A stretch of DNA of 64,000 nt from Eubacteriales bacterium (GTDB lineage: Bacteria; Bacillota; Clostridia; Oscillospirales; CAG-272): contig JAZPYO010000033.1 in assembly GCA_045544195.1 (NCBI GenBank), forward strand, positions 21,650 to 85,649, written 5' to 3'. The stretch's first letter is position 1, and every line of letters begins with the position of its first letter. The notes beneath the pieces are model-generated. The model was not told where the DNA came from. It did no database searches and saw only the letters and a program-made list of their open reading frames with translations. Shown in pieces: positions 58,193 to 64,000 of the stretch. Made by a program: the position numbers and the translations under genes.

Positions 58193-61168
58193 TTAATTGA
58201 TCACCGCTTCGCTGATAGTTACGATTTCCTCAAGTGAAATCTCCCCGTCAAGATCAAGGTCACAGGCATCAAAATATATATCCTTTGATGAGTCATCCTC
58301 TCTGAACTTTTTCGCTCTTATGCAGTCCTTTGCGTTAACTGTGCCGTCGCCGTTTATATCGTAGCTGACTATGATATAAGCAGTATCGCATAACAGCGAA
58401 TCTACCGTAAGGTTTATTCTGCTTCCTGTTGCAAGCTCTCCGTCGATCGTGCATCCCTTGTTAAGCACCGACAAAAGCATATCGCTTGTATATCCGCACG
58501 GAACTCTTACGTATGTTACGTTATCGCCGCGCTGAACCGTTACATCACCGTCAGTTGAAGATATCCACACCTCATCTGAGCTTATAAGCGTAAGATCTGC
58601 GCACAGAATGCTTCCGCTCGTTGTTTTCGCATATACTTTTACGTTATTCTTGCCTTCGTTAAGGTCTTCGCTTGCAAGGTCGAGCTTGTACGTATTGATA
58701 CCGTTACAGCCCGGCATATACGCAAGTACACGCTCGGGAATACTGCTGTCCTTTTCGGATGTTATATCAAACAAAGAGCCGCCGTTTACGCTGCACTGAA
58801 ATCCGCTTACGCTTCTGCTGGATGCAAACCAGCCGCTGATATGAGCATTCTCATTTTCGCCTGCTGTCACCAAGCACTTAACAGCACCGTTTCTGTGAGT
58901 TGTTGCACCGGAATCGTATACACCCGTTGTATAATTCACGCTGTCAACAGATGTGTCCACCTTGCCCTTGAATTTTTTTATCTGCTCCTTAAGTATATCA
59001 AGATAGAATGTTCCGTACGTAACGCACGGCTCGATATCCTTACTTACCTCAAGTGAATTCTGCTCGCCCGTTGTCCATTCGTTAAACGAAACGACGAGCG
59101 ATATTTTAACGCCTATATCGTTGGCTCTTTGCCACTGGGTACGGAACGTCTGACCGTTATTTCTGCCGCCCGGTGCAATATATCCGCTGCTGCCGGGTGA
59201 GCTCTGTCCTCTGTACGCTGCAACGACAGTCATACATTCGGGAATATTGTTATATACGGTGTACGTCTGCTTTACACGCTCCTCCCAGCTCCAATGCAGG
59301 TAAGAAAGGTATGTTTTCGTGTTATAAAGTCCGGACTGCTGACCTATAAATCCCGTTACCCAGCGTTCTGTAAAGCGGCTGTCGGTATACGGTGCGGTAT
59401 TGTTTTTTATAAACGACGGCGTTGCCGCATAGCAAAGCAAAAGCGGCTTTCCCTCGTAATAGAAATACATATCGTTATAGGCGCTGTTTGCTATAAACTC
59501 ATTGTATATCTGATTATTTTTGCGTGCCATCTGACCGTCGGTAAACGTACCTGTACCAACGTGTCCCGGGCCTGTCATAATGCATATCTTAGGAGCATTT
59601 TCAACCGTTGCAAAGACCTCAAATATCGCATATGTTGCATTTTCGATCATCGCAAAGTCCTCACGGTACATGGTTTTCGGATCATATCCGACGTTGTTTG
59701 ACCAGTCTACCACGATAAAATCCACTCCCGCATCTGCAAGCCAGATAGCGTGCTGTCTTATTGCGTTTCTGTTGTCTGATGCATAAGGGCCTATGAGAGG
59801 CATATCCCAGGTATGTCCATCGCCCCACGATGAATTAGGTCTTAACCACGTCGTATACGCAACGCCGACGAGTCTTTCATCCTGCGGGCACTGCTTATAC
59901 TTGCCAACTCCCGTCTGATCGCATGAAACGTCGCTGTAATTGAACACTACCTGATCGTATAAAGCAAATCTTTCCTTGTAAAGCTGAAGCGATGCGGATG
60001 CATCGCTTTGAGGCGAATGCATTATCATAATACCGCTTGCATCCTTTACCGTCTTATAGCCTATGAACGATGCAAATTCATCAGCGCAGATAAAATACGT
60101 ATCCTTGTACATTATCGGCATATTTGCATCTACTTCATTACCGAGAAGGTTTACCTTATCCTTGCCGAAGAAATATTCAATAACGTTTGAGCCGTATGTG
60201 AATTTCAGTCCTTTGGCATCCTCTGAATATTCCATTCCGACCATCTGCGCAAGAACGGATGCGGAAATATAATATCCGCCCGTGTATTCAAAGCACGGTG
60301 CGTTCTGCTGCTTGTTCAGATCGTATTTGACAAGATCTGCAAAGCAGTATTTTTTATTCTTTGCTATTGCGATTATCGGCTTGTTTTCGTAAAATGACGA
60401 TGCATGCTGAACATCAAGCGTCATATTTGAGATATATCCTTCAACATAGTGGGACATTATTCTGCAATAGCCGCCGTCTCTTATGCTTTCTCTGTGCTTA
60501 TAGCTTGAGATGTAATCTCCGTTTTCATCGTATGCATTTATCGAAGCACCGGTTATTGTAAGTCTGCCTATATACGTTTTTTCAAGTGACGATGATGATA
60601 TGTAATATTCAATATCGCCGTTTCCGCCCTTATCCTTAACTGTCAGAGTAGCACCGTTTTTAAACGAGGCGGGCAATGAATCAAACTTAATATTCGTATT
60701 CACGCCGTCACAGTAAAATGTTATCCCGTCATCATAGCAAAGCGCCCATATGCCCGTGTCGATATAAAGATGAAGAGTACCGTTGCATCTTACACCGACC
60801 ATTACCGCCTGATTTCCCGCGCTTGAATCAATATCGCCGTGACGTAAAAAGGAGCTGAAGGTATAGCCGTTCGTCTTCGTATGGTAATTTATACCAACCG
60901 AATCCCAGCCGCTGTTGGCAACGTATAGACCGTATGTACTTTTCTGAACATTTTCACCGAGCTGAAAGGAGATCATACTGTCATTTTTCAGCCTTTCAAG
61001 GTCGGCTGAAACAAAATCATAGCTGAACGTTTCCGTAACGTAAGCATCATCCTTTATCGTTCCCTGCGCGAACGACTGTGTTACAACGTCACCCGATACG
61101 CATATTGCTACTGCAAGCGTCAAGATAGACAGCACTGTGATAAGGCTTACCGCTTTTACCAATTTCAT
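58193..61168 (-). CDS. secreted multidomain dockerin-containing protein with putative TIM-barrel glycoside-hydrolase-like core
   Basis: 991 aa. Signal peptide MKLVKAVSLITVLSILTLAVAI. Copper-amine-oxidase-N-like 'stalk' segment (aa ~270-385). Central region with PLIGPYASDNRNAIRQHAIWLADAGVDFIVVDWSN, resembling GH99/GH71/WbsX-like TIM barrels. C-terminal type I dockerin with two Ca-binding loops, DINGDGTVNAKD and DLDLDGEISLEE. Confidence 0.7.
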   Translation of the reverse strand: MKLVKAVSLITVLSILTLAVAICVSGDVVTQSFAQGTIKDDAYVTETFSYDFVSADLERLKNDSMISFQLGENVQKSTYGLYVANSGWDSVGINYHTKTNGYTFSSFLRHGDIDSSAGNQAVMVGVRCNGTLHLYIDTGIWALCYDDGITFYCDGVNTNIKFDSLPASFKNGATLTVKDKGGNGDIEYYISSSSLEKTYIGRLTITGASINAYDENGDYISSYKHRESIRDGGYCRIMSHYVEGYISNMTLDVQHASSFYENKPIIAIAKNKKYCFADLVKYDLNKQQNAPCFEYTGGYYISASVLAQMVGMEYSEDAKGLKFTYGSNVIEYFFGKDKVNLLGNEVDANMPIMYKDTYFICADEFASFIGYKTVKDASGIMIMHSPQSDASASLQLYKERFALYDQVVFNYSDVSCDQTGVGKYKQCPQDERLVGVAYTTWLRPNSSWGDGHTWDMPLIGPYASDNRNAIRQHAIWLADAGVDFIVVDWSNNVGYDPKTMYREDFAMIENATYAIFEVFATVENAPKICIMTGPGHVGTGTFTDGQMARKNNQIYNEFIANSAYNDMYFYYEGKPLLLCYAATPSFIKNNTAPYTDSRFTERWVTGFIGQQSGLYNTKTYLSYLHWSWEERVKQTYTVYNNIPECMTVVAAYRGQSSPGSSGYIAPGGRNNGQTFRTQWQRANDIGVKISLVVSFNEWTTGEQNSLEVSKDIEPCVTYGTFYLDILKEQIKKFKGKVDTSVDSVNYTTGVYDSGATTHRNGAVKCLVTAGENENAHISGWFASSRSVSGFQCSVNGGSLFDITSEKDSSIPERVLAYMPGCNGINTYKLDLASEDLNEGKNNVKVYAKTTSGSILCADLTLISSDEVWISSTDGDVTVQRGDNVTYVRVPCGYTSDMLLSVLNKGCTIDGELATGSRINLTVDSLLCDTAYIIVSYDINGDGTVNAKDCIRAKKFREDDSSKDIYFDACDLDLDGEISLEEIVTISEAVIN

Positions 61169-61186
61169 TGTTTTGCTCCGTTTCGT

Positions 61187-62464
61187 TTATTTTACGTAAT
61201 CAAATTCAAAATCGTAGAGATTTACAGTATCTCCGTCCTTTATTCCGTTTGCCTCCATCTGATCGAAAATGCCGTATTTGCGAAGCATTTTATCAAAATA
61301 CGCCATTGATTCTCTATCGTCAAAATTAATCCTGCCCATAAGCTTATACAGCCATTTTCCTTCAACGAAATAAACTCCGTCATCGTATCTTACGCTTATC
61401 GTCTTATCGTCATCATCAGCCATTATCTCCTCGTCGGATATTTCAGGCTCGTATATCGTTAAGGGAGGAAGCTGTTCAAGCATTGATGACGTTTGTCTTA
61501 CAAGCTCGTCAAGCCCCTTTCCCGTGACTGCCGAAACGTATATAAGGCCGTATCCCATATCGCTGACGAACTGCTCAAATTCCTTGATATATTCCGCATT
61601 GAAATCTATCATATCGCTTTTGTTTGCGGCAATTATCTGAGGACGTGATGCAAGCTCCTCGCTGTACTTCTTAAGCTCGTAATTAATGAGCTTTATATCC
61701 TCGATAACGTCTCTGCCCTCACATTGAGAAGCATCAACAACATGCACGAGCATACGGCATCTGTCAACATGGCGCAAAAATGCATGTCCGAGACCTGCGC
61801 CCTCTGATGCGCCCTCTATTATACCGGGAATATCAGCCATTACAAAGCCCTTTTCGCCGTCCGCCTTAACTATTCCCAAGCTTGGTGACAGGGTCGTAAA
61901 ATGGTAATTTGCGATTTTCGGTCTTGCCGCGCTTACGCGTGAGAGAATTGACGATTTGCCAACGTTAGGCAGACCTACAAGTCCGACATCAGCCAGCATC
62001 TTCAATTCGAGCAGTACCTCTCTTTCCTCTCCGTCAATGCCGTTTTTGGCAAATCTGGGTATCTGACGTGTGGGTGTTGCAAAATGCTTGTTTCCCCAGC
62101 CGCCTTTGCCGCCCTTAAGGCAAACAAAGTCGCCGCCGGGACCCATATCGTGTATTATTCTGCCCGTTTCAGCATCCTTTATAAGAGTTCCCGGGGGAAC
62201 CTGAATAACAAGGTCAGCGCCGTTTTTGCCGTGGAATTTATCGCCCTTTCCGTCGCCGCCGTTTTCGGCAACGAATTTCTTTCTGTATCTGAAGGCAAGA
62301 AGGGTGTTTGTGCCCTCATCAACAGTAAATACGATATTACCGCCCTTACCGCCGTCGCCGCCGTCGGGTCCGCCCTTTGCAACGTATTTTTCACGGCGGA
62401 AGGATACACAGCCGTTGCCGCCGTTGCCCGCCTTAATGTATATTTTTACATGATCTATAAGCAT
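61187..62464 (-). CDS. obg: GTPase Obg/CgtA
   Basis: 425 aa. Gly-rich Obg fold (GGNGCVSFRREKY...GGPDGGDGGKGG), G domain ([22 protein letters not shown]) and a C-terminal OCT domain. Confidence 0.95.
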   Translation of the reverse strand: MLIDHVKIYIKAGNGGNGCVSFRREKYVAKGGPDGGDGGKGGNIVFTVDEGTNTLLAFRYRKKFVAENGGDGKGDKFHGKNGADLVIQVPPGTLIKDAETGRIIHDMGPGGDFVCLKGGKGGWGNKHFATPTRQIPRFAKNGIDGEEREVLLELKMLADVGLVGLPNVGKSSILSRVSAARPKIANYHFTTLSPSLGIVKADGEKGFVMADIPGIIEGASEGAGLGHAFLRHVDRCRMLVHVVDASQCEGRDVIEDIKLINYELKKYSEELASRPQIIAANKSDMIDFNAEYIKEFEQFVSDMGYGLIYVSAVTGKGLDELVRQTSSMLEQLPPLTIYEPEISDEEIMADDDDKTISVRYDDGVYFVEGKWLYKLMGRINFDDRESMAYFDKMLRKYGIFDQMEANGIKDGDTVNLYDFEFDYVK

Positions 62465-62476
62465 ATCTGTCCTGAA

Positions 62477-64000
<1,524 letters not shown>

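Overview
This is a 64-kb chromosomal window from a sporulating, dockerin-encoding member of the Clostridia. It looks Ruminococcus/Oscillospiraceae-like, judged from gene content (spoIIGA-sigE, an IspH-S1 fusion, cdaA-cdaR, a dockerin protein). I support about 50 CDS and one tRNA-Thr(GGU). I saw no rRNA, CRISPR array, transposase, integrase or phage genes. Most genes are housekeeping and tightly packed. Positions 14031-29823 form one co-directional minus-strand array: cdaA-cdaR-flavoprotein-rseC-recJ-relA-dtd-hemZ-udk-like-pterin MT-mtaD-flippase-mazG, with many 4-nt stop/start overlaps. Positions 30159-43211 form a plus-strand array: two-component system, dagK-like kinase, plsY, rimM-trmD, a Wzy-like membrane protein, two DUF4330-like proteins, ptsH, uvrC and an ECF transporter. 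The accessory-looking content is a GH43 enzyme, a 2291-aa cyclic beta-1,2-glucan-synthase-like giant protein, a repeat-rich lipoprotein and a 991-aa dockerin protein. The strongest candidate for something new is a textbook T-box riboswitch (57778-58023, minus strand). It sits directly upstream of a three-domain fusion (XRE-HTH + cupin + medium-chain acyl-CoA synthetase), not an aminoacyl-tRNA synthetase or amino-acid gene. My working hypothesis is tRNA-sensed activation of branched-chain fatty acids for amino-acid synthesis. Second is a duplicated 54-nt operator/promoter with 11-bp-phased TTGAn repeats. It links an intramembrane-type two-component system to a lipid kinase-plsY pair. All calls come from reading the sequence and ORF translations by eye; no searches or folding programs were run.
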